Source of the DNA: the human T2T-CHM13v2.0 reference genome, Homo sapiens
DNA: 64,000 nucleotides
Reading direction: 5' to 3' (one strand)
Assembly: GCF_009914755.1 (NCBI RefSeq)
Contig: NC_060929.1
Shown piece after piece: positions 36,185-52,909 of the stretch. The notes beneath the pieces were generated by a model. It did no database searches. It saw only the letters and a program-made list of their open reading frames with translations, and was not told the DNA's origin. The position numbers and the translations under genes are program-made. Position 1 is the stretch's first letter; every line of letters starts with the position of its first letter.

Positions 36185-38156
36185 GGATTTTTTTAAAGCT
36201 ATGATAGATAAGCTCAAGGACTTAAAGGAAAAGATGGACATAATGTGTGGGAAGACATCTAAACAGAGTAATAAAAACTATAAAAAAAGACCCAAGAAGC
36301 TGAATGCATCACAAGCAGCATAAACATAACTATGTTGTACATTACATTCAAATTGTTCAAAACTAAATATAAAATCTTAAAAACAGGTGGAGGAAAAAGT
36401 AACACATCATGCAGAGGGAAAGAATAATGAGTATGATTACTTCTTAGGAAAAGCAATCTAAACCTGAAAACAGTGGGACAGCACCTTTAAGGTGCTAGGG
36501 AATAAAAGTTAAACTCCTATATCCAGCAAAAATATTCTTTGAAAATTGGAGGTGAAATGGAGGACATTTTCAGATTTAAAACAAAATGGTAGAGGTAATT
36601 TGTTACAGACAGGCTTGCACTATAGTAATTGTTAAAGAAAGTTTTTGAGGCTGAAGGAAAATGTCGAAAATGATTGTAAATTAGTCCTAGAGTAAAAGCT
36701 GCTCTAGGTCCCCCTTTACAGACCTTAACAACAAAGGTTCAAAAGAATCCAACTGTTTGTTGCTCAAAAAACTTAACTGCATGCCAGAACAAAGTTCAGT
36801 ACTCATTAAAGGAATAAAACAAAATCTTTCACCCAACAATACAAAATTCACAATCAAAAGTTAACAGGCATCCAAAGAAGCAGGGAAATAGGACCCATAA
36901 TCAGAGAAAAATCAATCATATGAACAGATCCAAAATGAAAGAAATAATAGAATTAGTAGATAAGAACCCTAAAACCTTATTATAACTCTTATAAATATGC
37001 TCATAGATATAAAGGAAAACATAAGCATAATGAGAAAAATGGAAAATAATTTTAAAAACCCAAATAAACGGAATAATGGTGTTTTGTATATAATGGTACA
37101 AATAGGTTAAAAGCAAAAGGATTGAAAAAATATACTGTGCCAGCTAATGAAAAGAAAGCTGAAGTGACCATATTAATACCAGACAGAAGACATCAGAACT
37201 AGGGAAAATGAAACATTTTATGATGAGAAGAGGTCAATTTAATGCAAGGACACAAAAATTCTAAATGTAAAACTTCCAAATATATGAGGCAGAAACCTAT
37301 GGAACAGAATGGAGAAATACACAAATCTGCAAGGTCAATTGGAGATCTCAATACCCCTCTCAGTAGAGAAAAGAAGCAGATGAAATATCAGTAAGTATAT
37401 GGAAAATTTTAACAACACTGTTAACCAAATCAACCTGATTGACATTTATAGGACATTCCATTGAACGATAGCAGAATACACTTTATTTTCAAGTGCATGT
37501 GGAACATTCTGTAAGATAGACCAACATTCTGGACTGTAAAACAAGTGTCAATAAATTTATAAGGAGTAAAGTCATAGATAATGTATTCTGTGACTACACC
37601 AGAATCAGTAGCAGAAAAGTATCCGGAAAATCCCCAAATAATTGAAAAATTAAGCAGCATACTTCTAAATATTACATGGATCAAAAAAGGAATCACAAGG
37701 GAAATTAGAAAAAATACTTTAAATGAATCAAAAATATAGCATGTAAAAATATGTGGGGTGCAGCTAGATAATGCTTAGAGAGATACGGTAGAAAAGAAAC
37801 CAATCAGTATAATTTGCCACATTAACAGAATAAAAAAGAAATATCATATGAACACCAATAGATACAGAAAACGCATTTCAATTTAATAGTCTTTCGTGGT
37901 AAAAACCCTCAGCATAACTGATGGAGGAATATTAATTCCTGAATAATTCAGTCCAAAATCCGTTAGGTGTGGCTGAGTGAGGAAGGCATCCACAAAAACA
38001 AGCTGTGACAGCCTGGTGGGGGATTGGAGCCCAAGTAAGGAATCTATGAGTTTATACTGATACAAGAAAATGGGGGGGGAAATGGAGAAAGAGCAAAGCC
38101 CCTTATACTAGAACCTTAACTAATATAAAAGGAATAATGGAACTAGAAAATTACTA

Positions 38157-39132
38157 TAGGCATACCTTAGATATTGCAGGTTAAGTTCTAATGGATGGCG
38201 GTCTTGTCTACATTGAAAATCTGTTGTTTAGTGTAGCTACCTTCATCAATTACCTGAGCTAGATCTTCTGGATAACTTGCTGCAGCTCCTGCATCAGCAC
38301 TTGCTGCTTCACCTCGCACTTTTATGTTGTGGAGACAGCTTCTTTCTTTAAGCCTCATGAACCAACCATTGCTAGCTTCCAACTTTTCTTTGCAGCTTCT
38401 TTACTTCTCTCAGCCTTCATAGAATTGCAGAGAGTTGGGGCTTTGCTCTGGATTAGGTTTTGGCCTGAGGGAATGTTGTGGCTGGTTTAATCTATCCCAA
38501 CTACTAAAACTTTCTCCATATCAGCAGTAAGGCTGTTTCACTTTCTTATCATTTGTGTGTTCACTAAAGTAGCACTTTTAATTTTATTCAAGAACTTTTC
38601 CTTTGCCCTCACAACTCAGCTAACTGATGAAAGAGGCCTAACTTTCAACCTGTTTTGGATTTTGACATGCTTTTCTCAACTAAGCTTAATCATTTCTAGT
38701 TTTTGATTTAAAACGAGATGTTTGACTCTTCTTTCGCTTAAACACTTAGGGGCTGTTGTAGGGTTACTAATTGGCCTAATTTCCATATTATTGTGTCTCA
38801 GGCAATCAGGTTCCAAGGAGAGGGAGAGAGACGGGAATGGCAGGTCAGTAAAGCAGTCAGGACACACACGTTAATGGATTAAGTTCACCTCTTATATGTG
38901 GATGGTTTGTGGCACACAAACAATTACAGTAGTAACATCAAAGATCACTTATCACAGATCACTATAACAGATACAATAATAATGAAAAAGTTTGAAATAT
39001 TGTGAGAATTACCAAAATGTGACACAGAGACACAAAGTGAGCACATGCTGTTGGAAAAATGGCACCGATAGACTTGTTAGATGCAGGGTTGCCACAAACC
39101 TCTGAAGAGCACAATAAGATGGGGTATGCCTG
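38157..39132 (-). mobile_element. Tigger1, internally deleted, both TIRs present
   Basis: TIRs (T/C)AGGCATACC...GGTATGCCTG with TA TSD; transposase relics [28 protein letters not shown]...[10 protein letters not shown] and LNQKLEMIKLS. Confidence 0.92.
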
Positions 39133-39321
39133 TATTTGATAGCTGTCATAATAATAATTCATTCAGGTAAGAAACAGTAGATGCTAAAACTAATGGAAGA
39201 AAGTTTGATGAAGTATGAGATAGTTGTATGGTCTCTGCATCTCTCCCTCAAATTATTAATTAATTGTAAAGAAAAATTTTTTGGTGAAGCTAGGAGATAC
39301 ACCTTTATCAAGAGATTGAAG

Positions 39322-39657
<336 letters not shown>

Positions 39658-41008
39658 CTAGTCGTGAGGAAATATTACCCAAATTTTGGGAGGTATTCTG
39701 CAAAATAATGGTCTGTACTTTTCAAAATTATCAGTCATGAAAGTCAAGGAAAATCTGAGCAACTATTTCAGGCTGAAAGAAAGTAAAGAGACATAACCAC
39801 CAAATACAAAGTGTAATTCTGAACTGAATCCTTTTGCTCTAAAGGACGTACTGGGACAAGTGAATTAGGCTGTAGAAAAAGAAAAAAACAATCAGTATAA
39901 TTTGCCACAGTAATAGAATAAAGAAGAAAAATCATATGAGCATCAATAGATACAGAAAAAGCTTTTCAATTTAATACTCATTCATGATAAAAACTCTCAG
40001 CATAACTAATGGATGAATAGTTATTCATTCCTGATTAATTCAGTCCAAAAGCCATTAGGTAGGACTGAGTGAGGAAGGCATCCACAGAAGTACCCTAGGG
40101 ATGAATAGATGATAGAATTAGTAGATAAGAACCTTAAAATCTTATTATAAATCTTATAACTATGTTCATAGATATAAATAAAAACATAAAAATAAAAACA
40201 TGAGAAAAATGGAGGACAATAACCAAAAAACCCTAAATAAAGTAAAAGGAATAACAGTGTTTTTATATATAATAGTACAGATGGGTTTAAAACAAAAGGA
40301 TGGAAAAAATATACCGTGCCAGCTAATGAAAAGAATGCTGAAGTGACCATATTAATATAAGACAGAAGACATCAGAAAAAATAGGTGATTATATGATATT
40401 TGAATGTCTGTTCATTGTTGGTCTTTTAGGTCTTATAAGATGATGGTCATTTTCTACTACTTTAAGGGAGCATATTAAATTTTTTTCAACAGACTTTAAA
40501 CTTTATTTTGTAGATCAGCTTCGGGTTTATAGCAAAATTGAGCAGAAAGTACAGTTTCTGTATATTCCCTGCCTGTACACACACAACCTCCTCTACTATC
40601 AGCATCTAACTTTTTGTAGATACTTTGCCTCATTCAAATAATCCAGGGTAATCTTTCTATTTTAAAGTCAAGTGATTGACACCCCAGTTCCATCTGTAAT
40701 GTTAATTCTCTTTTGCTGTGTAATGTAACATTCACAAATTCAAGGGATTAGAATGTGGACATCTTTGGAGAACCATTATTTTATATGCCACAGCTGAGTT
40801 AATGGTAACTTATCACATTTTGGAACAACTGGCAAAACTTGAATGGGATTTGTGGACCATGTGGTAATAATATATCAGTATCAGTTTCCTGATTTTTGTT
40901 GTTGAAAATGTCCTTGTTTTGTAGGAAATACTGGTGTTGGGACATCAGATCAGCAACTTACTCTCATGTGGTTTGGGGGGCAGGAAAGCTATGTATACTG
41001 TAGTTCTG

Positions 41009-43258
41009 TGTATTACTCCATTTTCACACTGCTGTTAAAGACATACCCAAGACTGGGCAATTTACAAAAGAAAGAGGTTTAATGGACTTACAGTTCCACG
41101 TGGCTGGGGAGGCCTCACAATCATGGTGGAAGGTGAAAGTCATGTCTCACATGGTGGCAAATGAGAGCTTGTGCAGGAAAATTCCCCCTTATAATGACCA
41201 TCAGATCTCGTGAGACTTACTATCATGAGAACAGCACAGGAAAGACCTGCCCCCGTGATTCAATTATCTCCCACCTGGTTTCTCCCACAACACATGGGGA
41301 TTCAAGATGAGATTTGAGTGGAGACACAGCCAAACCATATGATTCCACCCCTGGCCCCTCCCAAATCTCATGTCCTCACATTTCAAAACCAATCATGCCT
41401 TCCCAACAGTCCCCCAAAGTCTTATTTTAGCATTAATTCAGAAGTCCACAGTCCAGAGTCTTACCCAAGATAAGGCAAGTCCCTTCTGCCTATGCGCCTG
41501 TAAACTCAAAAGCAAGTTAGTTACTTCTTAGATACAATGGGGATACAGGCATTGGGCAAATACAGCCATTCCAAATGGGAGAAATTGGCCAAAACAAAGG
41601 GGCTACAGGCCCCGTGCAAGTCCGAAATTCAGTGGGGCAGGTGTATCTTAAAGCTCCAGAATGATCTCCTTTGACTCCATGTCTCACATCCAGGTCACTC
41701 TGATGCAAGAGGTGGGCTTCCATGGCCTTGGGCAGCTCCACTTCTGGCTTTGCAGGGTATAGCCTCCTTCCTGGCTGTTTTCACAGGCTGGTGTTGAGTG
41801 CCTGCAGTTTTTCCAGGTGCACAGTGCAAGCTGTCAGTGGATCTATTATTCTGGGGGATCTACCAGTCTGGAGGACAGTGGCTGTCTTCTCACAGCTCCA
41901 CTAGGCAGTCCCCTCCATAGGAACTCTGTGGGGTTTCAACCCCACATTTCCCTTCCATATTGCCCTAGCAGAGGTTTTCCATAAGGGCCCCACCCCTGCA
42001 GCAAACATCTGCCTGGGCATCCAGGTGTTTCCATACACCCTCTGAAATCTAGGCAGAGGTTCCCAAACCTCATTTCTTGACTTCTGTGCACCTGCAGGCT
42101 CAACACCACGTGGAAGCTGCCAAGGCTTCGGGCTTCCACCCTTTGAAGCAACAGGCCAAGCTGTACCTTGGCTTCTTTTAGTTGTGGCTGGGACACAGGG
42201 CACCAAGTCCCTAGACCGCACACAGCAGAGGGACCCTGGGCCTGGCCCACGAAACTATTTTTTCTTCCTAAACCTCTGGGCTTGTGATGGGAGGGGCTGT
42301 CACAAAGGTCTCTGACATGCCCCTGGAGACATTTTCCTTATTGTCTTGGTAATTAACATTTGGTTCCTTGTTACTTATGCAAATTTCTGCAGCTGGCTTG
42401 AATTCCTCCTCAGAAAATGGGATTTTATTTTCTATCACATTGTCAAGCTGCAAATTTTCCAAACTTTTATGCTGTTTCCCTTTTAATACTGCATCCCTTT
42501 AACAGCACCCAAGTCACCGCTTGAATGCTTTACTGCTTAGAAATTTCTTTCACCAGATACCCTAAATCATCTCTCTCAAGTTCAAAGGTCCACACATTCC
42601 TAGGGCAGGGGCAAAATGCTGCCAGTTTCTTTGCTAAAATATAACAAAAGTCACCTTTGCCCCAGTTCCCAACAAGTTCCTTATCTCCATCTGAGACCAC
42701 CTCAACCTGGATTTCATTGTCCATATCCTCATCAGCATTTTGGTCAACGCCATTCAACAAATCTCTAGGGAGTTCCAAACTTTCCCATATTTTCCTCTCT
42801 TCTGAGCCTTCTAAACTGTTCCATCCTCTGCCTGTTACCCAGTTCCAAAGTCGCTTTCACATTTTCGGATAACTTTTCAGCAGCACTCCACTCCTGGTAC
42901 CAATTTACTGTATGAGTCCGTTTTCACACTGCTAATAAAGATATACCTGAGACTGGACAATTTACAAAAGAAAGGGTTTAATGGACTACAGTTCCACCTG
43001 GCTTGGGAGGCCTCACAATCATGGTGGAAGGTAAGGAGGCGCAAGTCACATCTTACATGGACAGCAACAGGCAAAGAGAGCTTGTGCGGGGAAACTCCTT
43101 CTTATAAAACCATCAGGTCTCGTGAGACTTACTCACTGTCACAAGAACAGCATGGGAAAGACCTGTCCCCATGATTCAATTACCTTCAACTGGGTACCTC
43201 CTGCAACATGTGGAAATTCAAGATGAGATTTGGGTGGAGACAAAGACAAACCAAATCA
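41009..43258 (-). mobile_element. Full-length THE1 (THE1B-like) MaLR: LTR 41009-41342, internal region, LTR 42909-43258
   Basis: Two LTRs, ~1.57-kb internal region, 5-bp TSD TTCTG/TTCTA. Confidence 0.93.
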
Positions 43259-43548
43259 TTCTACCTTTCTATAAACTTGCAATTTTTAAGGATAAAAAAC
43301 ATTTTTGATGCTTACAGAGATAAAATTCATTTATTTGAAAAATCTGCATACCTGATCTCCTAATGATGCTGAATAAAGGAGGTAGATAGTATATCATTTT
43401 TGTAAATTAATTAAACAGTATTCTTCTATATTTTGGATAGCATGTAAAAATATCACTCATTTTGGATGTTTTTCTTTTTGTTCCCTCATTTTGGGTAAGA
43501 TTGCTTATGCCTTTTTCTCAGAACCAACACTGGTGCTTATTAAAGTAA

Positions 43549-43731
<183 letters not shown>

Positions 43732-44775
43732 TAGGTGTTTATATGATATTTGAATTTCTGTTCATTTTCAGTCTTTTAGGTCTGTAAGTTGATGGTTGTT
43801 TTCTACTATAAGTTTAGGGGAGCATATTAAATTTTTTTCAATAGACTTTAGACTTTATTTTTTTAGAGCAGTTTTGGGTTTATAGCAAAATTGGGCAGAA
43901 AGTACTGAGCTTCCATTTTCTCCCTACCCCCACGCACACACAGCCTCCTCCACTATGAACATTTGATTTTTTGTGGATACTATTTGTCAGTTAAATAGAA
44001 TGATCCCATGAAAGACTTAGGGTTATGTTCCATTCTCTTGAGTAATTTCTGAACAGTTGCTGAATTGAAAGCACATAATCACTCAAATACAGGTTGAATG
44101 AGTAAAAAATTCTAGTGTCATGTTTAAGAATGGGTGAGATGAGAAGCAGACAAGTAGGAAAGAATGATAAATTGTTCCTTTCAACCATTATCATTCTGTT
44201 AGAGGCAGGTATCATTTTCTAATGGATATGGATTTGGGGATTAGACTACCTTAGATTCAAGTCTCTGTCTTTGTTGAGCAAATTACTTGACTATTCAGCT
44301 TCTTCTCCTCCCTTTTATTTAACTAGCTAAGTAATTCCTTTATTTAACCAATAATGCACATCTACTATGTGCTGGAGGCACTATACTGGCTTCTCAAGCA
44401 GGTTTTCATCATTGCCATTTTAACACACTCAAGTATCTCTCATACCCTGGGATTTCATTCCACTCCAGTTACTACCTGTCTCCTTCTTCTCCTTTATAGC
44501 CAGTCTCTCAAAAGAGTTGTTGATACTGTCTCCATTTCTTCACCTCCTCTTCACTCCAATTGCAGTCCCATTCGTCCTTTGAAACACCTCTGACTAAAGT
44601 TACTAATAACTCTGTTTTTAATTAGGGTAATGCTGCTGCTATACAAAGTAGACCTAAGAGTGAGCCTCTGTTTATTTCATTTGTAAAGTAGGCATTCATT
44701 TTCACTGTGTGTATCTTAGATGTTGTCAAGGTTGAGCTAATGCATATAAAATGCTTAACATGTAGTAAGAGTTCA

Positions 44776-45287
44776 TGTATTAGTCTTCTATGACTGCTAT
44801 AAGAAACCACAAACTTAGTGCTATAAACAATACAAATTTATTATCTTACACTTATGTAGTTTAGAAGTCTGAATTGGGTCTCACTGGGCTAAAATCAAGA
44901 TGTTAGTAGGGTTACGTTCCTTTCTGGAGGCTCTAAGGGAGAATATGTTTCCTTGTTCTTTCCGTCTTTTAGAGGCCACCCATATTTTTTAGATCATGCC
45001 CTCTTACTCTGTCTTCAAAGCAAGCAATAGTGGGCAGAGTTCTTCTCATATCAAATCACTGTGACCTCTTCTTCTCTCTTCTTCTGCCTTCCTCTCTCAC
45101 ATTAAAGGACCCATGTGATTACATTTGCCCCATCCAAATAATCCAGGATAGTCTATTTTAAGGTCAAATGATTAACACCCTAATTCCATCTGTAATCTTA
45201 ATTCTCTTTTGCTGTGCAATGTAACATTCACAAATTCAAGGGATTAAAATGTGGACATCTTGGAGGACCATTGTTCCATGTACCATA
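44776..45287 (-). mobile_element. MLT1 (C/D-like) solo LTR
   Basis: TGTATTAGTC...GGGTCTCACTGGGCTAAAATCAAG...TTCTGGAGGCTCTAAGGGAGAAT. Confidence 0.8.
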
Positions 45288-45604
45288 GCTAAGTAAATGC
45301 TAGTTTATTACTTTTTATTTGAAAATTTCTTTTTCTAGACCTCCATGATACAATACTGTTCTCTCTTTCTATCACAGCTACATACTACTTCATTCACCCC
45401 ATCAATAAAGGTTGGAAGTCTCATTAGGCTCAGTCCTGTATCTTCTCCTTTTTTTTGCTCTGTATTTTCTTCCTAGGTAATCACATTCTTATCCATTGCT
45501 CAAACTACTCTGTGTTCATAGATGACTCACAGATTTATGTCATATCTCCAAACCAGACCTCTGTTTCCAGACCCATTTACCCAGACCTATTTACCCATTT
45601 CTGA

Positions 45605-46630
<1,026 letters not shown>

Positions 46631-47053
46631 CAGTGTAATATTTTCAAAATACAAATTGAAATGTATAAAAAACAGTAAAGACAGATATTGCCTCTGCTCA
46701 CCAGAGCAGTCTGTTACTGAAGAAAGAACCCCATTCTAAGATGTTTTTAACTTACCTTTGCCTGTCTGCTATTGATCATCATGTTTTGTTTTATTCTTTG
46801 TCTCTTATTTTTAAGACAGTTAATGCTCTATATAGTATCTCTAAGTATTCTAAATTATTATATTTAAAAGTCCAAATATGTAAAAAATAAATTCTGGCTT
46901 CCTTTCCTGAACTACTTTGTTTTACATATCTTTTCATCTGTGAACCGTTAAATAGTTTAAGAGTTACACTTTTTAGCATGATGAAGCCATTTCTAACGGG
47001 ATAGGTGAAGGGCCTTTTTTTTTATTCTTTTAAAGAAGTACAGTATGAATTGA

Positions 47054-47320
<267 letters not shown>

Positions 47321-47607
47321 TAGACTTTGTAGTCCATTAAGTTATTGAACTGTGTTTGCAATTTGGATGCTTCTTTTTAACAGAAAAAATTTAAAAAGCA
47401 GAAAGGTCATCAGTTACTACCTCTCATCCAGCAGCAACCATTGGGCATATTTTCTTTCACTTGTCTTTCTGTGCGTATATTTATTTACCTGATTGACAGT
47501 ATAAATGTAATTTTTTTCACTTACCATTATGTCATAGGCATTTTACAAGTTATTAAAAACTCATTGTAACTGTAATCTTAGTGACAGCATAATATCCCAC
47601 TGTATGA

Positions 47608-47874
<267 letters not shown>

Positions 47875-48899
47875 TGATTTTATTTTTAATTGACAAAAAT
47901 TGTATATCTTTATGGTATACAGCATGATGTTTTGATATAAGTATACATCGTGGACTGGCTAAATCAAGCTATTTAACGTTCATTACTTCAATTTTTTTAT
48001 GGTGAGAACACTTAAAATCTACTCTCTTAGCAATTATATATTGTTATTAACTAAAGTCACAGTGATGTACAGTAGTTAATTTCTTGTATACTAAATAGGT
48101 AGTCCTTTTTTTGCTATAGTAGCATTCTCCCCTTATTTGTATATGAAACTGAATGGCTTGTATATTTCTTGAATTATCAGGGAGCTAATGTTTTAGGTCT
48201 ATGTTAGTCTTTAAATTGCTGAAAGAGCTTGGATTTGAAAGAAAACAAATTTGTAGCATCACACTAAATTAGTAGTATAGATCACTAGGTGTTAAATAGC
48301 AATATCATTACCCAACCTTACAGTTCTGTATTAATATTTTTAAAAATTGACATCTTTCTAGAGAATTTTTAAAATTTGCAGAAAGTTTTTGAAGCATTCA
48401 AAAATTGCACAGAATTTGGAATTGATCCATAACATGTTCATATATTTGCAAATGAGTATACCTTCCTCAACCCGGTGATTTATAAGAAAGGCCTACAGGA
48501 AATTCCATTCATTCATTTAATAAGCATTTATTGGGTGTCTTCTTTGTACCAGGGTATACTGTGCTTGGGTACAAAGAGGACTACAACTGCACCCCTGTCC
48601 TTAAGGTATTCCTAGTCTAAATAAGAGCATTCTTAAAAATGGCTATTTGCTATGTTTTAGATAGTAGATTTTTTAAAGTCATTAAAAAATTTATTGATTT
48701 GGTTTTTAAAAAACTCACCTGTAAATACCAGTATAGATCTTTGAATCATGAAGTAGAAAATATATATATATTTTTAATGATGGCCATGCATAGAAATATA
48801 TTGCAAGGGCTTCTGGGAGGAGGTAGGGCTGAGGTGGGCCTTGAAGAATGGGAAGAAATCAAGTCAGCAAACTAGAAGACATTTTATACATGTTTGTAT

Positions 48900-49219
<320 letters not shown>

Positions 49220-51480
49220 AAATGTTTGTATTTATTTTGACTTTTCTTTTAAAAGTAATATGTGCCCCTAGTAAAAAAGTTATAAAAGGATATTAGGTGA
49301 AAAGTAAAAGATAGTCTTCCATTTCTCATCTCTAACCTTCCAGAGTATATTTTACCTGCAACTTTTTTTAACTGCATATATACAATACATATGTATATAC
49401 AAACATTCACTTGTATGTATGTGCATATTTACCTTTACAAGCTTAATCAGAACAGGATTATGAGAGGAAGAGTCTGGGTTAAGTAAATCAATATAAAAGG
49501 AGTAAATGACCAATATGAATCGGGGTCAGATTATAGAAAGCTAATGGATTTCAGACTTAGTTCAATAGACAGAAGAGTGGAAGACTATGTTATATTTTAG
49601 GATGAGTTGTCCTGATAACTCTGTGTGGGTCCCGTGGTAATTACCAAGATATTAGAACAGATTTCCTTTTTTTTTCTTCTTTCCCCCTTGCCCCACTCCA
49701 CGTTTTATTTTCTTGAGGAGCATCTTGGTTGGAGAGATGACAAGCACATGTAATGGTAAGGCAGAGAAAAAAACAAGACCTGTAGGAGCTCTGAGGATAA
49801 AGAAAGAGAATTTCTATCTGAGGTAGCCAGAGAGGATTTCATAGGACTGAATTTGGCCATGACTTTTTTGATCATAAATGAGTAAGTCATTGGAGACATA
49901 GAGACAGTAAAATCCAAGCTGTCTTTGAACACTGTCAAGGAAATCCATATTGTTGAAATGAAGCATTTATATTGGAAATGATGTCAAGGTAGGGCTAAAT
50001 GATAATACCTAGGATTTAGTGAGTGGTGCCAAGATTCTAACCAAGGCTGTAGCAGAGGTTGAGGTATTTATTTACTTGTTTGTGTTTAATTGTGAGTAAT
50101 TCTCCAAGGGTTTAATATTCTTCTCTGTATCCTCAGAGCCTAGCCTAGTGCCTGGCACATAGCAGGTGGTTCAATAAATGTTTATTAAGTAGATGACTTC
50201 CAAAGTCCTTTTTTTTAGCTCTGACATGTGAAGATTCTTCCCTTCATAGAACCCAATTAAAGTTTGGGTCAAATCACCTTCCCAGAAAAGACTACGTCCT
50301 TTCAACCATGCACTAGAATGCATCCTTTCCCATTTTTACTGATTCCCTTTATCTTCGGGAACTCTCACTCTCTCATAAACTACTTTATTACCATCCCACC
50401 ATATCCTGTCCTCTTTTTTTGGCCTACTTAGATCTGTTTTCCTTTCTTGCCTTAAATGGGAATTGCTAGAGGAATATGTTTCTAACTTTTTTTTTCTGCA
50501 CACAAGTTCATGGTCCTTCTATACTTGATAGCCCAGCTGCTCTATTTTTTTTATCTCATTTCACACTGGCACCTAAGCTTTAAACCCTTGGCTGTTTTTG
50601 TTATTGTTGTCTGCCTGCTTGTCCTAGCTCCTTTTACTAGGTGTGTACTCTGGGGATAGAACCTATGTTTTGTGCTCTGAGATTAGAACCAAAACACAGA
50701 TGTCAAAGAAGGAATTCAGGGGATCTGGTGACTGGCTGGATTTAAGGAATGAAGCAGGTAGAGATGTCATGAAAGATCCAAGCCCAGATGATTATCATAA
50801 TGTTTGTGCTACCAAGAGGCAGTGAAAACACTGATGGAAAGAAACTGAGCACTTTGTAGAGTATCATAGTAGAGCTGTTAGTATTCATTGCTCTTAAGTA
50901 TCCATCCAGTTATATTTGTTAGACTCTACTCAAAAGGTATTTTCTGAGTACAGAATTTTTTTCACAAGTGGTGCAAATGGTCTCATTAATTGAATGTTTA
51001 CTGCCTAACACTAACCCGAGTGCTTTAAAATGTATAATGTAAACTCCATAGTAACTGTGAGGTTGTATAGGCAGGAAAACTGAGGTACAGGTATTCACAG
51101 TGGAAATAAGGGTTAAAGGTAGGATTTGAGTCCTCTGATTCCTAAGTTTATACCTTTTTTTCTTTTTAAGTCAAGTTTATTAAGGTATAATATATATATG
51201 GTAAAATCCACCCTTTTTAGAGTATAAATTCTATGAGTTAGGACATATGCATACAGTAGCATAACCATCACTAAAATGAAGATGTAGAATATTTCAGTCA
51301 CTCCAAAAAGTTCTCTCAAAGTCCTTGCAGTCAGTCCTCTCCCCTGCTCCCATCCATAGTAACCACTAATTTGTTTTCTGTCATTATAGTTTTGCCTTTT
51401 CCAGAGAGTGGCACATATATAGAATCATACAGTATGCAGACTTTTGTGTCTGGGATTTATCTATGTTGCTGCATGTGTGA

Positions 51481-51889
<409 letters not shown>

Positions 51890-51900
51890 TAAGTTGTTTT

Positions 51901-52909
51901 TGGTTGAACTAGTTTACAGTCCCTCCAACAGTGTAAAAGTGTTCCTCTTTCTCCACATCCTCTCCAGCACCTGTTGTTTCCTGATTTTTATTGATCGCCA
52001 TTCTAACTGGTGTGAGATGATATCTCATTGTGGTTTTGATTTGCATTTCTCTGATGGCCAGTGATGATGAGCATTTTTTCATGTGTCTGTTGTCTGCATA
52101 AATCTCTTCTTTTGAGAAGTGTCTGTTCATATCCTTCACCCACTTTTTGATGGGGTTGTTTGTTTTTTTCTTGTAAATTTGTTTGAGTTCTTTGTAGATT
52201 CTGGATATTAGCCCTTTGTCAGATGAGTTGATTGCAAAAATGTTCTCCCATTCTGTAGGTTGCTTGTTCACTCTGATGGTAGTTTCTTTTGCTGTGCAGA
52301 AGCTCTTTAGTTTAATTAGAACCCATTTGTCAGTGTGGCGATTCCTCAAGGATCTAGAAATAGAAATACCATTTGACCCAGCCATCCCATTACTGGGTAT
52401 ATACCCAAAGGATTATAAATCATGCTGCTATAAAGACACATGCACATGTATGTTTATTGCAGCACTACTCACAATAGCAAAGACTTAGAACCAACCCAAA
52501 TGTCCAATGATGATAGACTGGATTAAGAAAATATGGCACATATACACCATGGAATACTATGCAGCCATAAAAAATGATGAGTTCATGTCCTTTGTAGGGA
52601 CATGGATGAAGCTGGAAACCATCATTCTCAGCAAACTACCGCAAGAACAAAAAACCAAACACCGCATGTTCTCACTCATAGGTGGGAATTGAACAATGAG
52701 AACACTTGGACAGACACAGGAAGGGGAACATCACACACTGGGTCCTGTTGTGGGGTGGGGGGAGGGAGGAGGGATAGCATTAGGAGATACACCTAATGTA
52801 AATGACGAGTTAATGGGTGCAGCACACCAACATGGCACATGTATACATATGTAACAAACCTGCATGTTGTGCACATGTACCCTCGAACTTAAAGTATAAT
52901 AAAAAGAAA
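51901..52909 (+). mobile_element. 5'-truncated, 5'-inverted L1PA
   Basis: 51901-~52332 is antisense ORF2; ~52331-52909 is sense ORF2 end plus 3'UTR and A tail; TSD TAAGTTGTTTT at 51890 and 52910. Confidence 0.95.

Noticed and set aside
51909-52692. ORFs with reverse-transcriptase C-terminal (L1 ORF2) similarity
   Set aside because: Fragments of a ~1-kb truncated, inverted L1PA; the 158-aa ORF is a chimera across the inversion junction.
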